64,000 bases of DNA from a virus. The DNA lies in IMG/VR virus record IMGVR_UViG_3300025168_000047, positions 1-64,000 of that record; one strand, given 5' to 3'. A program made the translations under genes and the position numbers. The notes beneath the pieces are model-generated. The model did no database searches. It worked only from the letters and a program-made list of their open reading frames with translations, and was not told the origin of the DNA. Of the stretch, positions 31,101 through 39,800 are shown piece by piece (the stretch's first letter is position 1; each line of letters opens with the position of its first letter).

Positions 31101-32870
31101 CGATTAGAGAGAACATCTAGAGTCCACGTTGACTACAGAGGTGGATTGTATGGACCTCCCTGCCAGTGGTCACTTACTGGAGCGTCCACCACAGATGATC
31201 TCAATAGACAGGTTGCAGATCCAGCTTTCGCGCCATTTACTCCTCCATATTTTTACGGTCGCTCGACAGCGAGAATCAGGTTCAGTCCACATGAAGCCGT
31301 AGCACTCCTTGAAAACGAATCTCACACGTTTACACTAGATGACATTTTAGCACAAGCCAGAATTGAAACAGTATATACAGGTTCAAATCCATCGCTTCAC
31401 TCTTCTTCTCATGTTGCAGGAGAAAACTACATAAAAACACCCGCCGTGTTATCTCAAATGAGAGTTTCATCTTCCTTAGCTCTCTTTGGCAAAGCCAGAG
31501 GTAAAGAGATTGAGTATAACGTTGAGCAGTTAGCCGGCCAAGATAAATTTAAAGCTAGAGCAGCAAAGGACACATCCGACTCCGGTCTGGATCGTTGGGT
31601 TATTTCAACAAAATTCGAATGCCCTATATTGAATTTCTCTGGAAATATGAAAGGGCTGGAGAAAGTCTACGATGAAGACAGTACTGAATTTGCAGAATTC
31701 GGTGCCACGCCCGAAGGGTTAACTCCTAGAAGGTTGACTGTTGGTGATACATTTATGATGTATTTACCAAACAAACCCACAAATCACGAGACACATACAT
31801 ATCCAGCTAGCACAGGATCGAACGGTACATTAGGATCGACAGTGACTCTTTTTGATAAAGGTGGCTTCTCTACAGGTTCGGTAATCCTAGCAATGTCTCA
31901 GTCAATACCAACACGCGGTATGTGGAGTGGATATGGTTCGGTGCCATCCGGGTCAACAGGAATATTCCTACGCCTTCGCGAATCCTTCCCAGAAGAGACA
32001 TATAGTTCTGCCGGGGCTTACTCTTCGACAGGCTCTTTGATTGATACTTGTGGCTTCCAAGCAGGTAACGAGAGAATGGGTGAGTTAGCTAGCGATGGAG
32101 AGAAGGTTATCTCAGAGGCAATCGTGGCTATTCCGTTTATTTTGAACAATGGCAAAAGAGATTTCTTCCCAGTTCGCAGAGAACATATCGACTTGCTTAC
32201 CGGCAAGAGAGATAGTCTCCCGCCGAAAACACCTGAACCCGGATCTTCAATTATACAAATGGTTGATGCTATGCAGAAGTTTGTTATGCCTCCGCATCTC
32301 GACTTCCTTAAGAATCAAAAAATAACACCATTTGTTACATATATATTCGAGTTTAACCATTCTCTTAAACAAGATGAGCTTCGTGACATTTGGCAGAACG
32401 TTATGCCTGAGATCGCACTTAAGGCAGAAAAACAAGACGTTTCATTCTCGCACGATCTGGGCGAGGGAGAGTTCTTCGATGGAAACGAAATACCAGCAGA
32501 AACTCAATGGATGGTCTTTAAAATTAAACAAAGAGCAGAGATGAGCTACTATGCAGTAACTGCAGATTCAACAGACGACAGTCGTTTCGCATTCCAGTTT
32601 AAAGCTGGAGGTGAAAAAAAGGTTCCAGAATATAGTTATAACTGGCCTTACGACTACTTCTCATTAGTTGAGTTAGCGAAGATCGACACTGAGGTCACAT
32701 TTAAACCAAAGGCAGAGCCAATTGTGAAGACTGGAATGAAAGAAGACACGCCTTCGAGCACCCCCATAACGGAGCGACCAACGCCCGTTCCTTCGTCTCC
32801 ATCAGTTCCTCCAGTTCTTGGAGGCCCAAACATGGGCACCACTAGCAACAATGATGGAGGCCAATATTAA
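22110..32870 (+). CDS. Giant baseplate wedge protein (gp7-like) with LamG/concanavalin-like domains, 3586 aa
   Basis: LamG motifs TIEFWLK, WHHYAIV, LYIDG, DEFRFW, LGVYYKFNEG; gp7/P2-I-like YIYKSKGTEKGFRNLIRCFG; a second LamG-like unit further on. Confidence 0.65.
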   Translation: MSAKDVFEKKSKKVLKLSSVDTLGDQAESKRYVEAKTKDKNRFIPQIDFEVPENFAKFGSAEKYYIDSIERVYKTYPYDGSLYEKSAWLNSSSYLDVHLFENKYPRTNGYALFSPAGWSTFNGYKSQNIHNISSSYGIPTTNEYISLRGGPNKDTNNSDKKDIFPSIESNVTGSRGANVFDLSKNRESNLKIGGIDGNTIEFWLKKDAWTYNAVDAGCQNEVIFDLYNTDTPTNMPSSSHANARFRVELDGAPSVNSPIRITYMSGTNGCFSVPIGHGSGSVSGSSYVTKASIADGSWHHYAIVIENSGSSLLGARKTAALSANSTPLEAQENFQALRLKLYIDGQHNDTVFTGSSVDYCSASLHANIGALATAPSSSTQTYDGASMLGAGKLSASVDEFRFWKKSRNAREIGLNWNGQVGGGTNVDDANTDLGVYYKFNEGITQTSSVDQNVLDYSGRLTNGYWEGYSTNSRSTESAIVQAGAATKEFKDPIVYHFHPDVQDLRNDKQLEGINHDTSNSGLIFSALPEWIQSDDSKNSGELRNLTQIIASYFDTLALQIKELPRLKDVTYPSASYKPHPFVEHMLDSAGFTTSEMFADAEIVEHFLAKDEDVVYEDDLHNIKNRIYQNIYNNLDYIYKSKGTEKGFRNLIRCFGVDDEILKVNMYANNAVYAIEENTYETVEKTKCVDFFHSASHQAVVYQMTGSETNEQVRSYISGTINALDTAATANQAGMGMTYEGEIVFPKPLPPGSKAANIFSEATSSLFGMHTPKIQDEGVTTDEQTFQTTFAAADTANFQVLFAKERAASPHGRFILTSSAGTLQSLVNPALNGHGLTSSMFHNVYEDRRWNFAVRIRPRASGSAALDEVAWGNVVSGAYNNIHGTETLPYQLDFYGVSMISGRKADSFHLSASISKADGDAFLMNPKRMFVGAHRTNFTGAVLQSSDVKASSLRVWLDHLSNDEIDAHARDAGNYGRLHPYQNAYLFENSGSRPIPQTVTRILNWDFKNVTGSDSAGSFYVQDISSGSAASNHIDLDEGDYGWANNLVNTHHPGVGYGFPTSNTKAVDVVYISSARQQLPEVNNSSDMVKVLAEDDKRFMQDSRPSAFYFAIEKSPYQSISKEMLKLFATIKDFNNLIGEPVNKYRQTYKRMEKLRALFFKKVRNTIDVERYVQFYRWIDSSISDMILQMFPASATHSREVRTIIESHVLERNKYQHKYPHVGQKYGTQGNSLVEGSIGTQYNNLSAQLNNLLTSDVTTSPIAPLNEDGTFNEDENQGYWENYNDGYTNLDEETNTARKDLSRSLQKGYGNEHNFSGDFGRAGSRGLVVLNQGSNSDTPRAQGLITGGDENAAEENHIELVAGSIGILEEAAKKVKEATPLTKLKKHPDGILKGATDKTNQSAGKGYFASIGSVYEDIDGFRFTNIHHDAWTVSSRLEGSLQSPFTAKHVGGQVHRRTALNTGSYDNLTEARSGAVTGDFHGAYGRPEAFRISLPASELVTKATATAVDAIDTTGYIAGSADASFTIAIPTSAGGLGGDAVTILLDEDKDDVTTATAAANTITIGTKDGTDALVASFLINAINGVTAGRFVYASSGNGQAGDDLGVTATQGSSDTQITLTMDTIGSPGNVVDALATASGVNVVDVTDFTGGAGADIKIYAPDRGLDGTKDLQLQKSTFHRGPRRPVSTRNILTMTGSEDGKTVEQRLYNASPVGNYQKNYQVIQLSGRRDNSTWFAQNAQAQKFDNQNTEASLQFSPEVPVLHISGSTESMEDLYKVDFELLERTPNKSVFVERFSAPGGFEVMSRGYLDRRGEEVSAYNSLNYRNLFGRYSSGSMRGDDNSPTNTFSNRTRFSGTVSIEGGTKHDGLYALLYRRAGKFGQDSVYGSMPDDGTRAGLLGTPATASYHKTHANVGRRIGFVTTSSYHTHRGAGARASNFHTSSHYDNFFVTHAIPRSDLQYSWITASAVVDQAGLNGAASTRTRVKQGSDFLSLSPTVAGYEGRLSSSIGFQPPITFLSQSELFTAQPAGFNRRISAWINPNAGDHASGENVPEDIQAQPFIPLNYALYEPVTASVANVDVTSSLNTLGFVRQYNPEQWVTTAITDYRHPLKSATAGQAIEGGTNYLNQNIIFAALGSFATGDVSQKANAMTLNPLLLRRNGPYQHPTWKQIRTGEHPVARQLRRDNQLSILHQIPVQRESDLHQSDASSTSRVVSNYRNPFAIMRTSPSHPPGTKFDVSAPIGPITLGIGGLSAEKQSEREYATQLYKNEIRNYLMSPLTSKYSPIIQTVADDEGNEITLKHAYGNNIEYMPLDKLDAILNTKENTPQQLHDTLVDQIVDDNSLEFKELVYKETVFPREQNQYLARTRGRVDYSLTRHDLRNTRHGQQRTFWRNSMEDRILTRVEQPLTGSGHNTSGSGDFCLNSMGFQQFHNVGTASAETIESLNIEAVYSSAWFNIVPANSVWPLDGYQVSGSRHISKRIRNFNANGFPSQTHPTGSMVNGELMNPTGYTSMMASLAGFNPIGKGTIRQGERTGASVEIPHWYAPCTASQIFVYPQNCPIFGYGARTQPAGMQPENGGSETIVLNRHGHYFYTHDFWKTARLSGKNPWFDSYSDYAEDIRPMAQGYSVVPEFRISEHMDHYVSNKFSFNNRFLTLEGASIESGSADTPTDAYNQDFFEVYSHSDFMKHFGQIRDDYKDVADPTEMTLRCSGIKKLLPYQGFYPVLRCTQLGTLFSSSYAPFISGSNTSHVTASVQTDAYKAVAGNPNIWSTLQSASAPVKSDAAIRTMALLQPFYAPGIMYNTIKAGCAVDYPIVTGSLPSTTTLSAYDFKNFLSGGTVSNSKKNPELFNFRMPFEAIIEPHTYIPVSSSIADGDTNLGKNRISFINMFSASNETHNLYFDWKGDYDNKYSMAANNFFGEIPRFFLKEGNLRTFTSKPENQFKPMKSGSVYYMDVDMYMTPDMVQSEGPSHIQQMPGSPALTATKMNFFSASAGYNRLERTSRVHVDYRGGLYGPPCQWSLTGASTTDDLNRQVADPAFAPFTPPYFYGRSTARIRFSPHEAVALLENESHTFTLDDILAQARIETVYTGSNPSLHSSSHVAGENYIKTPAVLSQMRVSSSLALFGKARGKEIEYNVEQLAGQDKFKARAAKDTSDSGLDRWVISTKFECPILNFSGNMKGLEKVYDEDSTEFAEFGATPEGLTPRRLTVGDTFMMYLPNKPTNHETHTYPASTGSNGTLGSTVTLFDKGGFSTGSVILAMSQSIPTRGMWSGYGSVPSGSTGIFLRLRESFPEETYSSAGAYSSTGSLIDTCGFQAGNERMGELASDGEKVISEAIVAIPFILNNGKRDFFPVRREHIDLLTGKRDSLPPKTPEPGSSIIQMVDAMQKFVMPPHLDFLKNQKITPFVTYIFEFNHSLKQDELRDIWQNVMPEIALKAEKQDVSFSHDLGEGEFFDGNEIPAETQWMVFKIKQRAEMSYYAVTADSTDDSRFAFQFKAGGEKKVPEYSYNWPYDYFSLVELAKIDTEVTFKPKAEPIVKTGMKEDTPSSTPITERPTPVPSSPSVPPVLGGPNMGTTSNNDGGQY

Positions 32871-33859
32871 TGAGGTTCTTCGACTCAAAAGAAGAGGTCT
32901 TGGATATCCAACTTACTCAACACGGTAAAAAACTTTTATCTGAGGGAGCCCTGAAACCTGCTTTCTATGCTTTCTTTGATAACGACATCATCTATGATGG
33001 GTCTTACTCTGACCGAGAGGAGGTTCAAAACACAATTGATGGCAGAATTAGAAATGAAACACCTAGGCTTAAAGCACAATATATTTTTAGAGGAACAGAT
33101 ACAACCTCCACTTTAGATAGAAATCTGCAAATAAGCCCCGAAAAACATTATAGCTTGGGCCTTCCTTTAGGTAATTCCAGTTTAGGATCAGATAAAGCAC
33201 CAGCATGGGACGTCAACTTCCTGTATAACGAATTAACTTCATCAATCGATCATCTTTCAGGTTCAGGACTGTCTTACGTCAGAATACCTCAGCTAGAAAC
33301 AGAAGTAGACTTTGAAATCTATGTGACGCAGAGAAAAGAAGACGGTTCGGTGACAACCAATTATATTCCAGATAGGTTGGTAGATGTTGCGTTTAATATG
33401 TTTGAAGATACACCCGGGGTACACGGACCAGTGGACGACGAAGAAGAATATCTTTTAGCAAAAGACGGAACAATGATCCAAATAAAGCCCGACTTTGTAT
33501 TATTAGAAGTTGAAGAAGATAACACAGATACTATGACAGACAACTTTGAAATAGAAGTTTTTGAAATAGAGAATGTCGTTGATGAAAACGGCAACCAACA
33601 AAAGATTGAAAAACCTTTAGAGTTCTTTAACCAATCTATAGATCAAGAGATAGGCCCTCAGCATGTTGAATATTATTTTAATATAGAATCTGATTTAGAA
33701 GTCCCACAAGAGTTCTTCTGTGCATCGACGGTCGTTAAAGAAAGAAACAGATCTAGACTGGTTGATGATACTCTACCCTATCCATTGAATTGTCCTGAAT
33801 ATAAAGACGGAAAGAACCTTTATATAGATAACGTTACAAAGACAGAGGAGCCTTGTTAA
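32870..33859 (+). CDS. Baseplate/tail structural protein
   Basis: N-terminal LTQHGKKLLSEG...YAFFDNDIIYD resembles the N-terminus of ORF 40878; TAATG coupling. Confidence 0.55.
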   Translation: MRFFDSKEEVLDIQLTQHGKKLLSEGALKPAFYAFFDNDIIYDGSYSDREEVQNTIDGRIRNETPRLKAQYIFRGTDTTSTLDRNLQISPEKHYSLGLPLGNSSLGSDKAPAWDVNFLYNELTSSIDHLSGSGLSYVRIPQLETEVDFEIYVTQRKEDGSVTTNYIPDRLVDVAFNMFEDTPGVHGPVDDEEEYLLAKDGTMIQIKPDFVLLEVEEDNTDTMTDNFEIEVFEIENVVDENGNQQKIEKPLEFFNQSIDQEIGPQHVEYYFNIESDLEVPQEFFCASTVVKERNRSRLVDDTLPYPLNCPEYKDGKNLYIDNVTKTEEPC

Positions 33860-36800
33860 TGAGTAATGCAGTACCACACGTATATGTGAAGCGAATTGTA
33901 GTCGAATCGTTAACTCGAAGTGCCTTGGACAACAGTTCTGAGCTTACTTTTGATTTGAACTTCTGTTTAAAGTTCCCATCAACTGCCAATCCTCTTGTAG
34001 CCGATGGCTTCTTCTCTCAACATGAGTTGATAAATATTTTTAAAGTGCTAGTTTTGGAAATCACCGATGCTGGCAACGACAATTTTCTTAAAGGTCTGGA
34101 CCCTCAAAAGGCAGCAATGAAAGCTTGGGAGTTCAAAGACACTGATTTCTTTAATTCATCTAGAGTTTTTACTGTTATAAACCCTAGGATTGCTTATGAT
34201 AGCGATGCCAACACTTATGAAGTAATATTTGAGACAGAAGAGAAGTTTAAAGTACAATCATCTAACCCACATTTGAGTTATATGTTTATACCTTATTTTG
34301 AATCGTGCCCAAAGCCAATTTTTGGAACTCCAACAGTGGAAAGAGTATTAGATCGCGGCAGAATTGTTGAAACAGCCTTCAAATTCTCTACAGCAGCCGG
34401 CAAAACATACTCCGGACCAGTGCACAAACACGGAAAAAAGTGGATGGCAGGCCCAAAACACACTTCTGCACCTCACGCAACCTTGATAGCTAAGGAAGTT
34501 CTTAACACCACAATCCAAGATTTAAGGATTTTAAACAGTCTGAACGGTATTTCGCTTGATACTTCTTATGAAAAAGCTGACAAAACAGCTTATTTTAGCG
34601 ATCTTCACCTATCAACAGCCACAACTGGCGAGGCAAGATACCTTTTTAGCATCGATTTCGACAAAATGGTTAAACATGCAGGTAAATACCCATGGCTACA
34701 GAAGCACGGTGCACTAACATCAAAGGCAAAAATCGATTCAATTCAGGTTTTGAGAAGAAGAAAGCCAAAACAAAAGGCAGAAACTAAGTTTGGAGCACCA
34801 AAATCAGCCCAAGATCAAGTTTATGCGTTCGATGAGAACAACTCTCAGTACGAAACAATCGCAGTATCCGCAGATACTTCCCCAAACAATCTAGCTAAAG
34901 GGTCATATGTCATTGAAACACACGAAGGTGAACCACAAGAGATAGGAAATATTAGAGAAATTGCTTTAAATTCCACAATTTCTGGCATAAGAACGTTTTC
35001 AGGAGTCGACTTCTCTATTTTAGAGGCTACATCCGGAAAATATGAGTATGGTGTCAAAATCGGAGTATCTGATCCAAGCACTGACCATTTACAAGAGAAA
35101 GTTACCTCGTTAAATAATGCAATTGCAGTATTGGAAGACTATTATGCAGAGGCTATCGGACACTTTGGAAAAGAAGTAAGTCAGAATTTCAACTATTTGA
35201 CAGGAAGATTTAGCCAATCGTTTATTCAAGACACCGATTCCCAAGCAATTCAGACAGCAATTCAAAATTATTTGCAAGTACTCACATCGATGGTAGACTT
35301 GGATATAAATGTTCAAACATATGGGCTAAAAATATATTCTATAATCAGTCCTATGACGGGTACCCCTGAGAATATTCAAAGAGCGTTGGCACCTATGAAG
35401 ATTTTTCAAACGAAACTTCAAAACTTGTTCGACGACCAGACTAAATCTGCTCAAAAAGGCGGCGAAGCTGGAACTAAAAACAGAAACACCGCAAAAGTCG
35501 GCACATCAACTTATGTTAGATGGTTCGACGAGGAGTATGACGCTTCAACTAGAGAAATAGGGTATGAATTTTATCAGCCAACCTCTAGAGAACTAACAGG
35601 GCCGGCAATTGTTAAATGGGCAGACTTTGAAAACACTGCTATAGCCCAAACATTATCTTTGTTTAAGAAGAGTGCACCATTTAAAATCACAAATGAGTTA
35701 AATCTAAATCCAGAATCTGCACAATATTCTTATTTAAAACCCCAAACTGTGTACTTAGGAGCTTCTAATCGTATTGAATTAGCTCCCGATCTGCCCTCTA
35801 GTACACATAATTACATTTATACGTCTATCCTTAAATCCAACAAGGGCTTGGATCTCCCCGGCGATTCATCAGAATATAATTCAAATAAGAAAAGCAAGTT
35901 TTCACCAAATAAAGAAAAATTAAGAAACTCACTTATACAGTTGTACGCGAAACAGGGCGTGACAGTTGAGTTGGACGGATTCAAAACCAAAAATGAAAAA
36001 GATTTAGAAAAAATGTTAATGGCCGGCGTTGTTGATGAACGACCTGCAAAATCCAACGGAAAGGTCAAATTAAAAGATAAGAACAAAGAAACCAAACAAA
36101 AATTATCAGAGACTAAAAGTTTGGAAAACGATAATACTAATCCAAATAACATTTTAATTAATTTGGTTCAAAATCAAGATTCCAAACCAGAACAGAAAAA
36201 AATTGATGTTTCCAAATACATGTTGCAGAATTCAAAATTAAAAATCACCCAAGATGCTTTTAATAGCTTACCAAATCAAATTAAAGCTTTGTTAACATAT
36301 TATACTTCAGATTTTAAAAACTTTGAAAAAAGATCCTCTACCACTTTGGACTCTTTCTCGGTACTTGATAGCAACCCGAATAAACATGTGGGACTTATGT
36401 ATCACAGTTTCTTTCATATTATGGAGGTTCAGGTTTTAAAAGGGTATGAAAATAGTCTTAATACTCCAATATTTGAAACACTAACTAAAAACAACTTAGT
36501 TTCAGGCAAAATGCTTTGCCGAATTCAACCTTCTACAAAGTTCAGAGAGCTTGTACCAAGTTATGATTTAAACTTTCCTGTGATTAATGATATATTCATT
36601 TTGGACGCAACTGGAGTTTCAATGCCTGAGCAAGTTACAGAGAGACCGATTAGCAACAAACAAAATGAAGAAGTAGCTAGCCAAAGCACGTCTTCCAGAG
36701 CTAGCTTTGACTTAGAATTAAATGCACCGGCAGATGTCGCAACAGGCTATGAATACGCCGAGTCTAAAATTTCAAATACTAAGAAGAAAGTTCCAAGCTT

Positions 36801-36885
36801 CGACAAGGTTCAATTTGATAATCCGGTAAATACTGGCCCAATGCCACAAACCGGCGGCCCGGGCACGCTCGGAGGAGGATACTAA
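33859..36885 (+). CDS. Large virion protein of unknown function with His-rich motif and GGGY tail
   Basis: ATG 33859 is 8 nt after GAGGAG and overlaps the upstream TAA; YSGPVHKH...MAGPKH...PH motif. Confidence 0.6.
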   Translation: MSNAVPHVYVKRIVVESLTRSALDNSSELTFDLNFCLKFPSTANPLVADGFFSQHELINIFKVLVLEITDAGNDNFLKGLDPQKAAMKAWEFKDTDFFNSSRVFTVINPRIAYDSDANTYEVIFETEEKFKVQSSNPHLSYMFIPYFESCPKPIFGTPTVERVLDRGRIVETAFKFSTAAGKTYSGPVHKHGKKWMAGPKHTSAPHATLIAKEVLNTTIQDLRILNSLNGISLDTSYEKADKTAYFSDLHLSTATTGEARYLFSIDFDKMVKHAGKYPWLQKHGALTSKAKIDSIQVLRRRKPKQKAETKFGAPKSAQDQVYAFDENNSQYETIAVSADTSPNNLAKGSYVIETHEGEPQEIGNIREIALNSTISGIRTFSGVDFSILEATSGKYEYGVKIGVSDPSTDHLQEKVTSLNNAIAVLEDYYAEAIGHFGKEVSQNFNYLTGRFSQSFIQDTDSQAIQTAIQNYLQVLTSMVDLDINVQTYGLKIYSIISPMTGTPENIQRALAPMKIFQTKLQNLFDDQTKSAQKGGEAGTKNRNTAKVGTSTYVRWFDEEYDASTREIGYEFYQPTSRELTGPAIVKWADFENTAIAQTLSLFKKSAPFKITNELNLNPESAQYSYLKPQTVYLGASNRIELAPDLPSSTHNYIYTSILKSNKGLDLPGDSSEYNSNKKSKFSPNKEKLRNSLIQLYAKQGVTVELDGFKTKNEKDLEKMLMAGVVDERPAKSNGKVKLKDKNKETKQKLSETKSLENDNTNPNNILINLVQNQDSKPEQKKIDVSKYMLQNSKLKITQDAFNSLPNQIKALLTYYTSDFKNFEKRSSTTLDSFSVLDSNPNKHVGLMYHSFFHIMEVQVLKGYENSLNTPIFETLTKNNLVSGKMLCRIQPSTKFRELVPSYDLNFPVINDIFILDATGVSMPEQVTERPISNKQNEEVASQSTSSRASFDLELNAPADVATGYEYAESKISNTKKKVPSFDKVQFDNPVNTGPMPQTGGPGTLGGGY

Positions 36886-36886
36886 A

Positions 36887-39800
36887 ATGGTTAACAACAA
36901 GTTTGGCCCACCCGGCCCACCAAATCAACCGCCACCGCCTCAAGGTGGCACAAGTAATATCGAGACAGATCCTGATGCGCAGGGAGTCCCACAAATGGGC
37001 CAACCCGGAGGAACTGAAAACGACCCCTCTAATACAAACCCGAATGCTTCTGCCGCAGGGAGCACAGACGAGACTGGTGGAAAAGCTGCTGGAAAAACAA
37101 CAGGGCTTACTTTCCCCCCCGGAAACGGCTCAACGTATACTAATGACAATATATCGAATGCCGAATCCCCTTTACAGAAGCACTCTGATAAAATCCCCGG
37201 TGGATTTAAAGAGTCTGCAAAAGAGATGGTCGCGAAAGAACTCCAACAAATGCAAGAAGTGGAGCTTAAATGGGCCGAATTACAATCAGTAAATCTAGGT
37301 GAGATTCAACCACAAAATTATAAAGCATGCGGTGGTTATATAGGCAAAGAGGTCTTTTATGGCTTCCCACCAAGAGCTTTCTTGGGAAAAGCTGTCCCGG
37401 GATTAGGGATGCAGGAGATGTGGGCAGAGTTAACTACTCAAAAAACAGACCCCAACTCAGACGTGATCAGAGAATCTTTGGGAAAAATATGGACACCATT
37501 CGCCCCAATCGATGCAGTAGAAGAAGAGGTGTCCAATTTGGAAGATCGAATTGTCTATGCACAGCATCCAAAAGGTAAAGCTGCAGAATTTATAACTGCC
37601 GCCAATTCGGATGAAATATTTAACTACTCTTTTCCAAAAGAAATCATTGAAGGTGGAATTCCTTATGGAGATGCAACACAGACCACCTATTTTGTACCTC
37701 AAAAGAACAATTTAGATAGTGCAAAGAACTTTTCTTTTATTGATAAAACAGGTAGATTGGTTAATAAAGAAACAATTGTATTGTGGACAACAAAAAATCC
37801 ATCTCAAGTTGATCGCACACAGCTTGGACTTGATGCTTTCTCAAATTTCGAGTTCAAACCGATGGTTGAAAAGATTATGACTGATCAATCCACCGGATGG
37901 AGAGCCAGAAAGAAACAAGATCACTTCTTCTTATATACGAAACCGTACGAGACAGGAGATCCCAAGGCACCAAATATCAACAACCACTTGCACGTCAATC
38001 AGAAATCTAATTACAATTTTTATTTAAAAGGTTTTGAAGAAGCAATTCAGTCAGAAGCTGTAGCTGAATCTATTTTGCCTAGCCTTCTTGTGACCGGCAT
38101 TGAAGAAGCCATGCCTTCAACCGAAGATATTCTTGTACAAGGGCAGTTCGGAAATTTAGTTAACTATAATCACGATCTGGTATCCGATACTCACGATTTT
38201 GTAACTATGGGCGGCCTAGTAGAGGACGTGTTTATCGATGTTTTGGACAAAGACGAATCCAAAAAAGCTTATTCCAACGTCAGCAACAGTAAGACAGAGT
38301 TGGATAGGGGACAATATTTTGTTAAATGGACTGACGCATTGAAGCTTAAAAGTGGCAATTCTAAAAGAACCGAATTAAGTAACAAATACAGTACACAAAT
38401 AATCCTGCAAGGCGGGAACTATTTTATGAATGATTTCGTAACTCGAAAAACTCAGTTCCCAATGAACAACACTCTAAGTATTGCATGCCCTCAGTCTCCA
38501 GCAAACTTGGCATCCCCTTGTCCAGACGGCGCATTCACCAAATTAGTTGACCTGCTTGACTTCTACGATCTGAGATATCCCGTTTTTAAGACAATCTCTC
38601 AGGTCGCAAATGGAGGACAGCCACCGATTGAAGATGCTACAATTGGCAACTTCGTTGAATCGAGCCGCTTTGATATGTACAATTACACCGCTAAGCAGAG
38701 ACTGACAGGCCCCGAAGTCGGCGGCTTGACACAACCTTTTGTAACATATCCAGCAATTAATTTTTATAGTAGTTATGTTCCGTCAGGCGTCAAAGATTTT
38801 GCAGGCGAGATTTATCCACATGACTGGATCGATATGTTCGCGCAAAAAGGCTCTAGTCTCTTTAATTCAACAGAGGGCTTGGTAGCTTCCCCAACAAATT
38901 CAGATATTACATTTGGATATAGTTTTACCAAAGACAACTATGCTCCAACATCAGTTAATCGAATTGCGAGAGTTACAAAAGTTAAAGAAGCTTTGAACGA
39001 TATGCTAGCCGAGAAAACCAGAAGCTATAGAGAAATTTTAGAAGGTAAAGTAGCTTGCACAGAATATGTTGGTTTCCGAGTAGAAAAAATTGGAATTACA
39101 GAGAACGCCGAAGGAGAGGAAGCGGAAACTGTATTGCAGAATTACTTGTTACCTTATCCAAAAGAGACAGTATTAGAATTTGTTGATACACAAGTAAAAT
39201 ACAACAAAGGTTACAAATATAAAATATATGCTTATTTAGCTATCTTTGGCACAGAGTATGAGTATCATTTCCCTCAAGCAGCCGCCGTTCCTTTCGAAGG
39301 ATTAGACGAAGAAGATAAGCTTGATTACTGGTCTGATAAAATCTCTCACGAGCCAAGTCCAGATGAATATGAAGACGAAGAGGTTGACAACGCTGAGTTT
39401 GAAGGTCTTTCAGAAGCATATGGCGGTGGAGATTTCACTCCGGGTGCCATCGGCGCTAAGGTGATGGGAGCGATGAACAACTTAAATGACGCTATGCAGG
39501 AAATGCAAAACGCGGCTAACAATGTAGATAAGTTAGAACAAACTCAAAATCAAGCAGCCCCACCATTGCCAATGAGTTCCAAAGGATTAACGCAAATTAA
39601 GCAGCCTGTAAGAATGAATCAAGGCGGCGATAATGTTTATGCTCTTTTCCTTGATGTGATTTCTAGACCGTCACTGAAGATTGTTGAGATTCCATATTAT
39701 GATACACCAGTCCTCAGAGTTATGGATCGTCCGCCAATCGCACCAAACGTGGAGATCATTCCATACAGAGGAAAGAACGACAACTATTTGATCAACTTAG

